DNA of 64,000 nucleotides from Pristiophorus japonicus (GCF_044704955.1 NC_091995.1:19840001-19904000), one strand, 5' to 3'. Shown: positions 1 through 12,893, counted from the stretch's first letter. The notes: generated by a model not told the origin, from the sequence alone. Numbers and translations: made by a program.

Positions 1-450
1 TTGAGCCCCAGCATCAACAGTTTTTTGGGGGAGAGAGTTCCAGATTCCCACTGCCCTTTGTGTGAAGAAGTGCTTCCTGACATCACCCCTGAACAAACCT
101 CGCTCTCATTTGCAGGTGATGCCCCTTGTTCTGGACTCCCCGCCCACTCGGGGAAATAGTTTATCTCTATCTGCACTATCAAATCTTTTAATGATCTTAA
201 ACTCCTCCGTTAGATCCCCCCTCAATCTTCTATACTCGAGGGAATACAAGCCTAGTCTGTGCAACCTGCCCTCGTAATTTAACCCTTTGAGCTCCCGGTA
301 ACATTCTGGTGAATCCGGGCGGCACCCCCTCCAAGGCCAATATATCCTTCCTGAGGCGCGGAGCCCAGAACTGAACGCAGTTACTCCAGGTGGGGTCTGA
401 CCAGAGCTTTATATAACTGCAGCAGAACTTCCAGCCCTTGGGATTCCAGC
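1..450 (-). mobile_element. CR1-type LINE 3' fragment (RT C-terminus), in GNL1 intron
   Basis: Minus-strand translation ...CVQFWAPRLRKDILALEG...LGLYSLEYRRLRGDL, characteristic of the CR1 ORF2 end; near-identical copy at 36118-36567. Confidence 0.85.
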
Positions 451-505
451 CCTCGTTCCTTCCTTCCTTCTCGAAGCGGCTAACTGCTTTTCTGTCTCTT
501 GCTCG

Positions 506-691
506 TGGACCTGAGCAGTTGGAAGGAGAAGATGGAGCGTGACGCGGCAAACACTCACCACGAGGACCTGACCGACGAGGAGGACGAAGGTGATGCTGTC
601 CTGGTGGAGCATCAGACGGATTCTGCCGTGGAGATGTGCGCACCGGTGGACCAACTGTACAAGGATGGCATCCTCACCGTGGGTTGTGTGG
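506..691 (+). pseudogene. GNL1: GNL1 internal exon, copy A (VDLSSWKEKMERD...YKDGILTVGCVG)
   Basis: Peptide matches the GNL1 region VDLSSWREKI...VLVEQQTDSA...YKDGVVTIGCVG; donor G|gtgagt at 691/692; acceptor position reads 'cg' (504-505) instead of 'ag'. Confidence 0.88.
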
Positions 692-940
692 GTGAGTTGG
701 CACAACCGGAGCATTGGACTTTTAACGTGGTCGATGCAGTGGGTGGTAACCGCTGGAAACCAGCAGCTCCCTCCCTTGTCTTTAAGGAGCCCGTGTTTTC
801 CTTGCCGAGAAAACAGGGCCATCCATGCAGTGCACTTGGCTACCACCAGATGGCAGTGCTGCAGAAACCCCATCGCTCAACTTGTTTAAAGTTTAAAATA
901 ATGTTAAACTGTTCCTGCTTCCTGGCACGTCTTCATCCTC

Positions 941-1255
941 GTCCCTCCTCTCCTCTTCTCCTCTTCCCCTCCTCCCCCTCTCCCTCTCCACCCCTCCCCT
1001 TTCCCCTCTCTCCCTCCCCATCTCCTCTCCTCTCCCCTCTCCCCTTTCCCCTCTCCCCTTCCCCCTCTCTCCCTCCCCTTTCCCCTCTCCCCCTCCCCTT
1101 CCCCCTCTCTCCCTTCCCTTTCCCCTTTCCCCTCCCCTTTCCCCACTCCCTCCCCTTTCCCCTCTCCCTCTCCCCCTCCCCTTTCCCCTCTCCCTCTCCC
1201 CCTCCCCTTTCCCCTCTCCCCCTCTCCCCCTCCCCCTTCCCCTCCCCTCACCCCT
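941..1255 (+). repeat. Polypyrimidine (C/T) low-complexity tract
   Basis: About 315 bp almost entirely C/T (ccctctcccctt...). Confidence 0.95.
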
Positions 1256-1562
1256 ACATGCCCCCCATCTCTCTCTCAGGGTTTTCAGGGACCAGTGGGA
1301 GTTCAGTCAGCGGATACACAAGGATTTCAGGATCTGAAGTCAAAGATGCGGAAAATGCCCCAAACTGGAATTTGAAGAACAGTTTTTTCCCCTCAATCCT
1401 TCTGAGTTTGAGCTGCCCCGTAAGAAGGAAAGAGCTTGGCTCCTTTCCCGTCCTCACAATGTCCCAAAGCACTTCGCTGATGACACATGACTTTCCAAGT
1501 GTCAGGGATGTGTACCGGGTTCACACTGGTGGGTAAAGCTCAGCTTCCCTTGTCTCCCTCAG

Positions 1563-1741
1563 GGTTCCCGAATGTGGGCAAGTCGTCTGTCATCAACGGC
1601 CTGGTGGGGAAGAAGGTGGTGAGTGTGTCCCGGACCCCGGGTCACACCAAGTACTTCCAGACCTACTTCCTGACTCCCAGCGTCAAGCTCTGTGACTGCC
1701 CGGGTCTGATCTTCCCGTCACTCGTGGACCGTCAGCAACAG
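1563..1741 (+). CDS. GNL1: GNL1 exon with GTPase G1/G2/G3 motifs (copy A only)
   Basis: ctcag|GG TTC CCG AAT GTG GGC AAG TCG = GFPNVGKSSVINGLVGKKVVSVSRTPGHTKYFQTYFLTPSVKLCDCPGLIFPSLVDRQQQ, donor CAG|gtcagt; phase fits the preceding exon. Confidence 0.93.
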
Positions 1742-1829
1742 GTCAGTCAGCGGCACCGCGTGTTTTGTGAAGGTGAAAACACGGCAACAAAAGCTCGCAT
1801 GTAGGGAACTTAGTCAGCAGTGTCAGCAA

Positions 1830-2130
1830 ACAAAATCTGACCCCCAGCCACATCAGGGGACATTCAGACAGGTCACTGGTCACAGAGCAACGTTTTAAGG
1901 AGCACCTTAAAGGAGAGAGAGGTGGAGAGAGAGACGGAGAGGTTTAGGGAGGGAATTCCAGAGCTTGGGGCCCAGGCAGCTGAAGGCACGGCCACCAATG
2001 GTGGGGCAAAGGGAGTGGGCGATGGGCAAGGGGCCATAATTGGAGGAGTGCTGAGATCTTGGAGGGTTGTAGGGCCGGAGGAGGTTACAGAGATCGGGAG
2101 GGACAAGGCCACAGAGGGAATTGAATGCAA
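1830..2130 (-). mobile_element. L2-type LINE 3' fragment
   Basis: Minus ORF ...TIGGRAFSCLGPKLWNSLP..., a typical L2 ORF2 C-terminus. Confidence 0.75.
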
Positions 2131-2228
2131 ACTCTGAAGTAGTTTCAGATGTTAGTGGTTTCCGAAACACATTTTCCTTTTCTGCATTTGATTGATTTAT
2201 GTTTGAGTGTTGATGTGGTGTGTGTGTC

Positions 2229-2705
2229 CTTTAGTTATGTTGAACCTGTATCAAACCTTGGTTGGACCACACTTAGAGTACTGTGCACTGGTCACCATAT
2301 TATACAAAGGATATAGAGGCACTGGAGAGGGTGCAGAGAAGATTTACAAGGATGATACCAGAAATGCGAGGGTATACATATCAGGAAAGGATCAACAGGC
2401 TGGGTCTCTTTTCTCTTGAAAAAAGTAGGCTGAGGGGTGACCTAATAGAGGTCTTTAAAATTAGGAAAGGTTTTGATGGAGTGGATACAGAGAATGTTTC
2501 ACTTGTGGGGTAGAGCATAACTAGTGGCCGTTGATATAAGTTAGTCACCAAGAAATCCAATCGGGAATTCAGCAGAAAATTCTTTACCCAGAGAGTGGTG
2601 AGAATGTGGAACTCACTACCACCGGGAGTGGTTGAAACGAATAGTATAGATACATTTAAGGGGAGTCTGGAACAACATATGAGGGAGAAGGGAATAGAGG
2701 GTTAT
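2229..2705 (+). mobile_element. 5'-truncated CR1 LINE fragment (paralogous to 37735-38325)
   Basis: LEYC...WSPYYTKDIEALERVQRRFTRMIP; same 5' junction 'ctttagttatgtt' as the copy at 37735. Confidence 0.85.
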
Positions 2706-3148
2706 TAATAGAGAACTTTACACACACATTGCAGTAAGAATGAAACCAATGGAACATTTAAAAATGTCGGGGAGAGTTTTTGGGAGACACTGACAATATG
2801 CAGCCGCTCAGGTACAGAGTGACCAGCCCTGGTCTAGGCACTGACCCTTCGGGGCTGACAGGTGGGGGACAGAAGCACACAGTTCATCCAATCAGCACAG
2901 CAGGAGGCCATTCGGCCCAACATGTCGGTGTTGTGCTGGAGGAGATTCCAGGGCTAAGGACAGACAATAAATGCTGGCCTTGTCAGTGATGCCCATATCC
3001 AAAGAATGGATAAAAAACAAATATCTGTGGTTGGAATTATTTTCTCGACTGGTAGACAAAATTCCTTACACTGCATCCCTGTTACTCCTTACCCTCCCAT
3101 CTGGAGCACGATGCTCAATTCTGGGCATCACCTCAGGAAGGATATTTT

Positions 3149-3924
3149 GGCCCAGAAATCCCGGCCTCCCCAGGTCCGTAGGAGTGTGTACGGACCCGGG
3201 ACGGCATCACAAAAGCCAGTTTTCATCGCACAATGCGCATGTGCTGAATACCGGCTTTTCCGATCTGTCGAGCTCCAGCTTGTTAGATCCTCCACATCTC
3301 GGGAGCGAGGACATTCACATGGGCAAGGTTTCAGTATTTACACATATCTTACCCAGCAAATGTCCTGAAAACTCTCGCGCCTGATAAAAGCAGGAGCATA
3401 GTCTACTTTTACAGGTGTAAGAGTTTTAAAACACACAAAAACATCATAAAATAACATTTTTAAAACACATTTTATTGTTAAAAACCCTGCCCACTATGGT
3501 AAGTTTATTTTAAACCATAATTAAAAAAACTTTTTTTTTTAAAACCAGAATTTTTTTTTCGAAGACATTTATTAACTTTAATTTCAATTAATTTTAATTA
3601 CGTGAGGTGTGTTTTTAATTTTCTGTTATGGTGTTTAGTGTGTATATATTTTTTTCTCATTAATAGCAATGAGAACTCGTAGATACGGAGTTCCTCATCG
3701 ATACGGAGTTCTCAGGTAATACTGTACCTGATTGGTTGAGCAGTGACACATGACTGCATCTTCTGTGTCCGAACCTCGAGGATGGGAGCACGCTTCGCAA
3801 CGCGGGAAGAGAAGGCCTCCCCAACGGAATCCCACACTCCTCCGGGATCACCAGGTACTTTCGTAAAAATTCTCTGATCGGAGGCGTTCATCCGAAAGAA
3901 GCCTCCGACCGTAATTTCAGGGCC
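3149..3924. mobile_element. Non-autonomous DNA transposon (MITE, Harbinger-like ends) inserted in a CR1 fragment
   Basis: Imperfect TIRs ggcccagaaatcccgg / ccgtaatttcagggcc; AT-rich core; CR1 sequence resumes on both sides; same family inverted at 9304-10060. Confidence 0.7.
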
Positions 3925-4489
3925 TAGATTTGGACGGGGTGCAGTACAGATTTACCAGAATGATACCAGGGTTAAAAGGACTAAGTTATGAGGACAGGTT
4001 ACACAGAAGGTCTTGTACTCCTTGGGTATAGAAGATTATGGGGTGAACTAATTGAGATGTTTAAGATGATTTAAGGATTTGATAGGGTCGATGGAGAGGA
4101 ACTATTTCCTCTGGTGGGGGGCGGGGAGTCCAGAATAAATGGGAATAACCTTAAAATTAGAGCTAGGCTGTTCAGGGGTGATGTTAGGAAACACTTCTAC
4201 ATGTAAGGGTAGTGGAAATCTGCGACTTTCTCTCCCCAAAATACTATTGAGGCTGGGCACCAATTGAAAATATTCAAACTGAGATTGATAGATTTTTGTT
4301 GGGCAATGATATTAAGGGATATGGAACTACAGCCGGTAAATGGAGTTAAGGTACAGACCATCCAGGATCTAACTGAATGGTGGAATAGGCTTGAATTACT
4401 GAATGGTCTCCTCCTGTTCCTATGTTACTAATTGGTGAATACAGTCTTTAACCCAAAATTGACTGATTGACATAGGGTCTGTTTTTTAA

Positions 4490-5460
4490 TTACTACATTC
4501 ACGGGATGTGGGCATTGCTGGCAAGCCAGCATTTATTGCCCATCCCTAATTTCCCTAGAGAAGGTGCGAGTGAGCCACCTTCTTGAACTGCTGCAGTCCG
4601 TGTGGTGAAGGTGCTCCCACAGTGCTCCTGGGGAGGGAGTTCCAGGATTTTGACCCAACGATGATGAATGAACGGCAATATACTTCCAAGTCAGAATGGT
4701 GTGCAACTCTGATGGGAACTTGGAGGTGGTAGTGTTCCCATGCGCCTGCTGCCCTTGTCCTTTTCGGTGATAAAAGTCACGGGTTTGGGAGGTGCTGTCG
4801 GAAAAGCCTTGGCGAGTTGCTGCACTGCAACTTCTAGATGTTACACTTTGCAGGCACGGTGCACCAGTGGTGCAGGGTGTGAATGTTTAGGGTGGTGGAT
4901 GGAGAGCCGATCAAACGGGCTGCTTTGTCCTGGATGGTTCTGGAGTGTTGTTGGGACTGCACTCATCCAGGCAAGTGGAGAGTATTCCATCAAACTCCTG
5001 ACCTACCTGATAGACAATGGAAAGGCTTTGGGGAGTCAGGAGGTGAGACACTCACCACAGAATTCCCAGCCTCTGACCTGCTCTCGTCGGCTCATTATTT
5101 ATGTGGCTGGTCCAGTTAGGTTTCTGGTCAATGGTGACCCCCAGGATGTTGATGGGGGCGGGGGGGATTTGATGATGGTAATGCCATTGAATGTCCATCG
5201 GAGGTGTTTCAAATCGTTTGTTCAAGATAGACATTGCCTGGCACTTGTGTAATGCGAGTGTTACTTGCCACTTATCAGCCAAAACCTGAATGCTGTCCAG
5301 ATCTTGCTGCAAATGGACCCAGACTGCTTCATTATCTGAGCAGTTGCAAACGGAACTGAACACGGTGCAATCATCAGCAAAGATCACTACTGCTGAGAGA
5401 TGGTCATTGATGAAGCAGCTGAAGATGTTCGAACCCAGGACACTGCCCTGAAGAATGCCT
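4490..5460 (-). mobile_element. LINE RT 3' fragment (same family as 55165-57812)
   Basis: Minus ORF GILQGSVLG...FADDCT...LQQDLDSIQ...ILGVTIDQK; 3' end matches 57740-57810. Confidence 0.8.
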
Positions 5461-7510
5461 GCAGGGACGCTTATGTCACATATCAACGTCTGAATACTTT
5501 AGAATCCTTAGGGGAATATAGAAGGATAAGAGGTAAAATTAAAAAGGATATTAGGAATGCTAAGAGGGAGCACGAGAAATTCTTGGCCAGTAAAATTAAG
5601 GAAAACTCTAAGATGTTCTATAAATATATTAAGAGTAAGAGGGTAACTAAGGAAAGGGTAGGGCCTATTAGAGACCATGAGGGTAATCTTTGAGAGGCGG
5701 TGGAAGATATTGGTAGGGTTATAAACGAATACTTTGCATCTGTTTTCACAAAGGATAGAGGTAATGTAGATACTGCTATTGAGGAGGAGTGTGATATTCT
5801 CGATGAAATAAATATAGTGAGAGAGGAAGTATTAAGGGGTTTAGCAGCTTTGAAAGTAGATAAGTCCCCAGGCCTGGATGAAATACATCCCAGGCCTTTA
5901 TTCACTGGCGTTTAGAAGGATGAGAGGGGATCTCATAGAAACATATAAAATACTGATGGGACTGGACAGGTTAGATGCAGGAAGAATGTTCCCGATGTTG
6001 GGGAAGTCGAGAACCAGGGGACACAGTCTAAGGATAAGGGGTAAGCCATTTAGGACTGAGATGAGAAGAAACTTCTTCACTCAGAGAGTTGTTAACCTGT
6101 GGCATTCCCTACCGCAGAGAGTTGTTGATGCCAGTTCATTGGATATATTCAAGAGGGAGTTAGATATGGCCCTTACGGCTAAAGGGATCAAGGGGTATGG
6201 AGAGAAAGCAGGAAAGGGGTACTGAGGTGAATGATCAGCTATGATCTTATTGAATGGTGGTGCAGGCTCGAAGGGCCAAATGACCTACTTCTGCACCTAT
6301 TTTCTACGTTTCTATTTGTGTTTGACTAACCTGATTGAATTTTTTGAGGAGGTAACCAAGAGGGTCGATGAGGGTAGTGCGTACAATGTAGTATATATGG
6401 ACTTTAGCAAGGCTTTTGATAAGGTCCCGCATAGTAGACTGGTCATGAAGGTTAAAGCCCATGGTATCCAGGGCAAACTGGCAAGTTGGATCCAAAATTG
6501 GCTTGGAGGGGGAAGCAAAGGGTAATGATTGATGGATGTTTTTGTGACTGGAAGGATGTTTCCAGTGGGGTTCCGCACAGCTCAGTTCTGGGTCCCTTGC
6601 TTTTTGTGGTATATATCAACGATTTAGATTTGAATATAGGGAGTATGATTAAGAAGTTTGCAGACGACACTAAAATTGGCTGTGTGGTTGATAATGAAGA
6701 GGAAAGTCATGGGCTGCAGGAGGATATCAATCTACTGGTCAGATGGACAGAGCAGTGGCAAATGGAATTTAATTCAGAGAAGTGTGAGGTGATGCACTTT
6801 GGGAGGGCTAATAAGGAAAGGGTATACACATTAAGTGGTAGGCCACTTAATAGTGTAGATGAACAAAGGGACCTTGGAGTGCTTGTCCACAGATCGCTGA
6901 AAGTAGCAGGCCAGGTGAATAAGGTGGTGAAGAAGGCATACGGAATGCTTGCTTTTATTGGCCAAGGCATAGAATATAAGAGCAGGGAGGTTATGCTTAA
7001 ATTGTATAATACTTTGGTTAGGCCACAGCTGGAGTACTGCGTGCAGTTCTGGTCGCCGTATTATAGGAAGAATGTGATTGCATTGGAGAGGTGCAGAGGA
7101 GATTTACTAGGATGCTGTCTGGAATGGAGAATCTTAGTTATGAGGACAGATTGGATAGGCTGTGTTTGTTCTCATTGGAACAGAGGAGATTGAGAGGAGA
7201 CCTCATTGAGGTGTACAAAATATTGAGGGGCCTGGACATAGTGAATAGTAAGGGTCTATTTCCATTGGTGGAGGGGGTTATTACGATGGGGCATAGTTTT
7301 AAGGTGGTTGGTGGAAGGTTTAGAGGGGATTTGAGGGGTGGGGAGTTCTTTATGCAGAGGGTTGTGGGGATCTGGAACTCGCTGCCTGGAAGAGTGATGG
7401 ATGCAGAAACCCTCACCACTTTTAAGAGATGGTTGGATGGACACTTACGGCACAGACACGATGGGCCGAAATGGCCTCCTTCAGCGCTGTAAATTTCTAT
7501 GTTTCTATGA
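5460..7510 (+). mobile_element. Degenerate CR1 LINE ORF2 with a nested CR1 3' end (~5895-6315)
   Basis: DKSPGLDEIHP, YMDFSKAFDKVPH, SGVPHSSVLGPLLFVVYINDL, KFADDTK motifs with frameshifts. Confidence 0.85.
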
Positions 7511-7884
7511 TGTCCTGGGGCTGAGATGATTGGCTTCCAACAACCACAACCATCTTCCATTCTGCGAGGTATGATTCCAGCTAGTGGAGAGTTTACCCTG
7601 GGGTTCCCATTGACTTCAGTTTTACCTGGGCTCCTCGATAACACACTCAGTCAATCGCTGCCTTGACGCCAAGGGCTCTCTCACTTCCCCTCTGGGATTC
7701 TAGGTTTATATATTTAAGAACATCAGAAATAGGAGCAGGAGTAGGCCATTCGGCCCTTCGAGTCTGCTCCACCATTTAATAAGATCATGGCTGATCTTCT
7801 ACCTCCATTCCACTTTCCCGCCCTATCGCCATGTCCTTTGGTTCCCTTATTGTCCAAAAATCTATCGATCTCAGTCTTGAATCT

Positions 7885-9300
7885 GGCCTGGGTAAACTGA
7901 AGCCAAAGACTGGCAGGCAGAAATGTAATGGAGCAATGGGCGGCCTTTAAAGTGGGGATGGTTCGAGTACAGTCTATATATAATCCCATAGGAGAAAGGA
8001 GGGTAAGCAAAGCCGGTGCTCCCTGGATAACGAAGGAATTAAGAGATTAGGATGAAACATAAAAAGGGGGCGTATGACAGATGTCAGCTTGATAATAGAA
8101 GGGCAAATCAGGCTGTATATAAAAAGTACAGGAAATAAGAGGGGCAAAGTGACAGTACGAGAATAGATTGGTGACTAACATAAAAGGGATTGCAAAGGTC
8201 TTCTGTCGGCATATTAACAGTAAAAGGGTTAGCAGAGGAGTGGTGGGGCTGATTAGGGACCAAAACAGAGATCTATTGGTGGAGGCAGAAGGCATGGCTG
8301 AGGTACTAAATGAGTATTTTGCATCGGTGTTCACCAAGGAAAAGGACTTTGCCCAATCTACTGTGAACAAGGAGGTTGGTGGGATTCTGGATCAGTTAAA
8401 AGTCAGTAAAGAGGAGGTACTAGGAAGGCTGGCAGTATTAAAGTGGATAAGTCTCCAGATCTGGATTGGATGTATCCAGGGTTGCTGAGGGAAGTAAGGG
8501 TAGAAATTACAAAGCTGCACATCTTTCAATTCTTCTTAGATACAGGGGTGGTGCCAAAGGACTGGAGGATTGCAAATGTTACACCCTGGTTCAAAAAAGG
8601 GGAGAAGACTAAACGTGGCAATTGCAGCCCAGTCAGTTTAATGTTGGTATAAAAGCAAAGTTCATCGACCTGAAACATTAACTCTGTTTCTCTCTCCACA
8701 GATGCTGCCTGACCTGCTGAGTATTTCCAGCATTGTCTGTTTTTATTTCAGCTTAACGTTGGTGGTCAGGGAGCTTTACGAAACAACAATCTGAGGCAAA
8801 TTGTGTTTGACTAACTTGATTGAGTATTTTGATGAGGTAACGGAGAGGGTGGATCAGGGCAGTGCAGTTGATGTGTGAATGGACTTTCAAAAGAAGTTTG
8901 ATAAAGTACCACATATTAGGTGTGTTAGAAAAATTGAAGCCCGTGGGTTACAAGGGGCAGTAACAGTGTGGATATAAAATTGCCTGAGGGATAGAAAACA
9001 GAGAGTTGTGGTGAATGGCTGTTTTTCGGACTGGATGGAGATATACAGTGGAGTTCCCCACAGTTCAGTACTGCACCACTGCTGTTCTTGATAGACATTA
9101 ATGACTGGGACTTGCGAGTACGGAGCACAATTTTGAAATGTGCAAATGACATAAAACTTGGAAATGTAGTAGAGTGAGGAAAATAGTAATAGACGTCAAA
9201 AGGACAGAGACAGGTTGGTGGAATGGGGGGACACATGGCAGATGAAATTCAATGGAGAAAAATGTGGTGATATGTTTTTCTGGGAAGAATGAGGAGAGAC
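7885..9300 (+). mobile_element. Degenerate CR1 LINE ORF2, continuing at 10061-10172 and 12191-12480 after two MITE insertions
   Basis: LNEYFASVFTKE, DWRIANVTPWFKKG; sequence resumes colinearly after each insertion. Confidence 0.75.
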
Positions 9301-9303
9301 AAT

Positions 9304-10060
9304 GGCCCAGATATCCCGGTTTCTCCTTCCCACGGGTGATCGACTGGATCCTAGAAAAAAGATGCGCACTTACCAGAACCTGCTGCGCCCACGAGAGATC
9401 GCGGTCCTGAGGCCTCCACTGACTGCGTGTTGGAGCGCGTGCACGTCAGGACATGCGCAGGGCTGGAGCTGCAGTCACATGGCTCTGGGCAGCCAATCAA
9501 GGTAAAGTATGTTCTCATTCATAATAATGGGAACTCTAAGTTGGAGATTCCATTATTATGAATGAGAAACCCCCCAAACACACAAAACATTAATAAAAAA
9601 GAGAAAAAATACACTACATATTTAACATTAATTTAAATTAAAGTTATTTAGGTATTATTAAAACAAATTATTTTTCAGAATTTTAAAAAAGTTTTTTAAA
9701 TTATGCTTTAAAATAAATTTAACGTACCGGGCAGGGTTTTTAAAAATAAAATGAGTATTTTAAATATTTTTTTGTTTTAAGTGTGTTTTAAAACTCCTAT
9801 ACCTGTAAGAGTAGGCGATGTGCCTGCTTTTATCAGGAGCAAGAGTTTCCAGGACCACCACTGGACAAGATATGGGTAAATACCCCAATCTTGCCCTTGC
9901 CCTGGATGTGGAGGATCTGTCAGGCTCCAGCTCCAGCTTGACAGATCAGGAAAGCCGCTTTTCAGCACATGCGCATTGTGTGCTGAAAACCGGCTTTTGT
10001 GATGCCTTCCCAGATCTGTACACATTCCGTACGGACCCGGGAGGCCGGGATCTCTGGGCC
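9304..10060. mobile_element. MITE, same family as 3149-3924, opposite orientation
   Basis: TIRs ggcccagatatcccgg / ccgggatctctgggcc; right end is the reverse complement of 3149-3300. Confidence 0.75.
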
Positions 10061-10174
10061 ATTACATGCTAAATTGTACATTTGTAAAGGGGGTGCAAGG
10101 AGAGTGTGTCCTGGGGATGTTTGTGCACAAATCTTTGAAGGTGACACCAGGTTATCTGAGCAGTTAATGAAGTA

Positions 10175-12188
10175 CAGGTTGTACCTCCCTTATCCAGGAC
10201 TCCATAATCCAGCACCACCCCTCGCCCGGCATGATTCTGGTGGCTGGGGGCACATGTACAGAACGCGGCCGACCTTCGCCCCGACTTTGGGACCCGCAGA
10301 AACTCAGCTCACCAGGGGCCCACCGGGGGCCCACCGACACTCAGCCCACCGGGGGCCCACCGACACTCAGCCCACCGACACTCAGCTCACCGACACTCAG
10401 CTCACCGACACTCGGCCCACCGGGGGCCCACCGACACTCAGCTCACCGACACTCAGCTCACCGGGGGCCCACCGACACTCAGCTCACCGGGGGCCCACCG
10501 ACACTCAGCTCACCGGGGCCCACCGACACTCAGCTCACCGGGGCCCACCGACACTCAGCCCACCGACACTCGGCCCACCGGGGGCCCACCGACACTCAGC
10601 TCACCGGGGCCCACCGACACTCAGCTCACCGGGGCCCACCGACACTCAGCCCACCGACACTCAGCTCACCGGGGGCCCACCGACACTCAGCCCACCGGGG
10701 ACCCACCGACACTCAGCCCACCGGGGACCCACCGACACTCAGCTCACCGGGGCCCACCGACACTCAGCCCACCGGGGACCCACCGACACTCAGCCCACCG
10801 GGGGCCCACCGACACTCAGCCCACCGGGGACCCACCGACACTCAGCCCACCGGGGACCCACCGACACTCAGCCCACCGACACTCAGCTCACCGGGGGCCC
10901 ACCGACACTCAGCCCACCGGGGACCCACCGACACTCAGCCCACCGGGGACCCACCGACACTCAGCCCACCGGGGGCCCACCGACACTCAGCCCACCGACA
11001 CTCAGCTCACCGGGGCCCACCGACACTCAGCTCACCGGGGGCCCACCGACACTCAGCCCATCGACACTCAGCCCACCGGGGACCCACCGACACTCAGCCC
11101 ACCGGGGGCCCACCGACACTCAGCTCACCGGGGCCCACCGACACTCAGCTCACCGGGGCCCACCGACACTCAGCTCACCGACACTCAGCCCATCGACACT
11201 CGGCTCACCGGGGGCCCACCGACACTCAGCCCACCGGGGACCCACCGACACTCAGCCCACCGGGGGCCCACCGACACTCAGCTCACCGGGGCCCACCGAC
11301 ACTCAGCTCACCGACACTCAGCCCATCGACACTCGGCTCACCGGGGGCCCACCGACACTCAGCTCACCGGGGCCCACCGACACTCAGCTCACCGGGGCCC
11401 ACCGACACTCAGCTCACCGGGGCCCACCGACACTCAGCCCACCGACACTCAGCCCATCGACACTCGGCTCACCGGGGGCCCACCGACACTCAGCTCACCG
11501 GGGCCCACCGACACTCAGCTCACCGGGGCCCACCGACACTCAGCTCACCGACACTCAGTCCATCGACACTCGGCTCACCGGGGGCCCACCGACACTCAGC
11601 CCACCGGGGACCCACCGACACTCAGCCCACCGGGGGCCCACCGACACTCAGCCCACCGGGGGCCCACCGACACTCAGCTCACCGGGGGCCCACCGACACT
11701 CGGCTCACCGGGGCCCACCGACACTCAGCTCACCGGGGGCCCACCGACACTCAGCTCACCGGGGGCCCACCGACACTCAGCTCACCGGGGGCCCACCGAC
11801 ACTCAGCTCACCGAGGGCCCACCGACACTCAGCTCACCGGGGCCCACCGACACTCAGCTCACCGGGGGCCCATCGACACTCAGCTCACCGGGGCCCACCG
11901 ACACTCAGCTCACCGGGGGCCCACCGACACTCAGCCCACCGACACTCAGCTCACCGACACTCAGCCCACCGACACTCAGCTCACCGACACTCAGCTCACC
12001 GACACTCAGCTCACCGGGGCCCACCGACACTTCGGGCCCACACGGGACACCGACCTCCTCCCCCCCTCCCCTACCTCAGGCCGCCTCCCCCCACCTCCTC
12101 CCTCGGTGTGACCTCCCTTTATCCGGCAAAATCCCTTATTCGGCACAGACCAGGTCCCGAGGGAGCCGGATAAGGGAGGTTTAACCTG
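10175..12188. mobile_element. Tc1/mariner-pogo(Tigger)-like MITE with TA target duplication, inflated by an internal minisatellite
   Basis: TA|caggttgtacctcccttatcc ... ggataagggaggtttaacctg|TA; about 21-bp TIR; flanking CR1 is continuous. Confidence 0.8.
10305..12030 (+). repeat. GC-rich compound minisatellite (15-bp ccgacactcagc[t/c]ca core plus optional 10-11-bp ccgggg(g)ccca spacer)
   Basis: Direct reading of tandem units; explains the 724-aa and 626-aa repeat ORFs. Confidence 0.97.
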
Positions 12189-12893
12189 TATATGTGACCC
12201 CGGGTTTATAAATAGAGACATAGAATACACAAGCCAGGAAGTTATACGAAACCGATATAAAACACTAATTCTGTTCCAGCTGGAGAATTGTGTCCAATTC
12301 TGGGCACCACAATTTAGGAAAGAGGTGAAGACTTTGGAGAGGGTACAGAAGAGATTTACGAGAATGGTTCCCGGGATGAGGGATTACAGTTGCAGAGATA
12401 GACTAGAGAAGCTGAGGTTGTTCTCCTTAGAGCAGAGAAGGCTAAGAGGAGATTTCATGGAGATGGTTACATTTATGAAGGTTTAGATAGACCACTATCT
12501 TAATGTGTTGGGAGATTGGGCTCAAGACTGGAAAATGATGCAACACTTATTTCAGTGCAGTATTCAGCATGTGGGCCCGGCAAATGCTCAACATTCATAC
12601 ATCCTTCAGGGACAGGCATTAAAGATGGTGGAGATAAAAAAAAAGATTTGTGCATTCTAGTGCATACATCCTTAAAGGTACATGAGCAATGCCGAGAAAC
12701 GATAGCTGGAGCAAATAGGGTGTTGGAGTGTACCAGAGGACAGTTGAGTACATGGCGAGGCAGACTGTTTTGTCTTTGTACAAGACCTTAGTCAGGTCGC
12801 ACTTGGAATATTGTGTCCAGTTTTGGTCTCCTTACGTAGTGGGTGGTAATGAGACTTTGGAGAGGGTTTAGAGGGGGGGCCACTCGAATAATT

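Noticed and set aside
499-1536. 345-aa ORF as a single-exon gene
   Set aside because: Only 506-691 is GNL1 exon; the rest is intron read-through across the C/T tract
9999-12173. 724-aa and 626-aa ORFs
   Set aside because: Translations of a stop-free minisatellite inside a MITE; open in several frames, no domain
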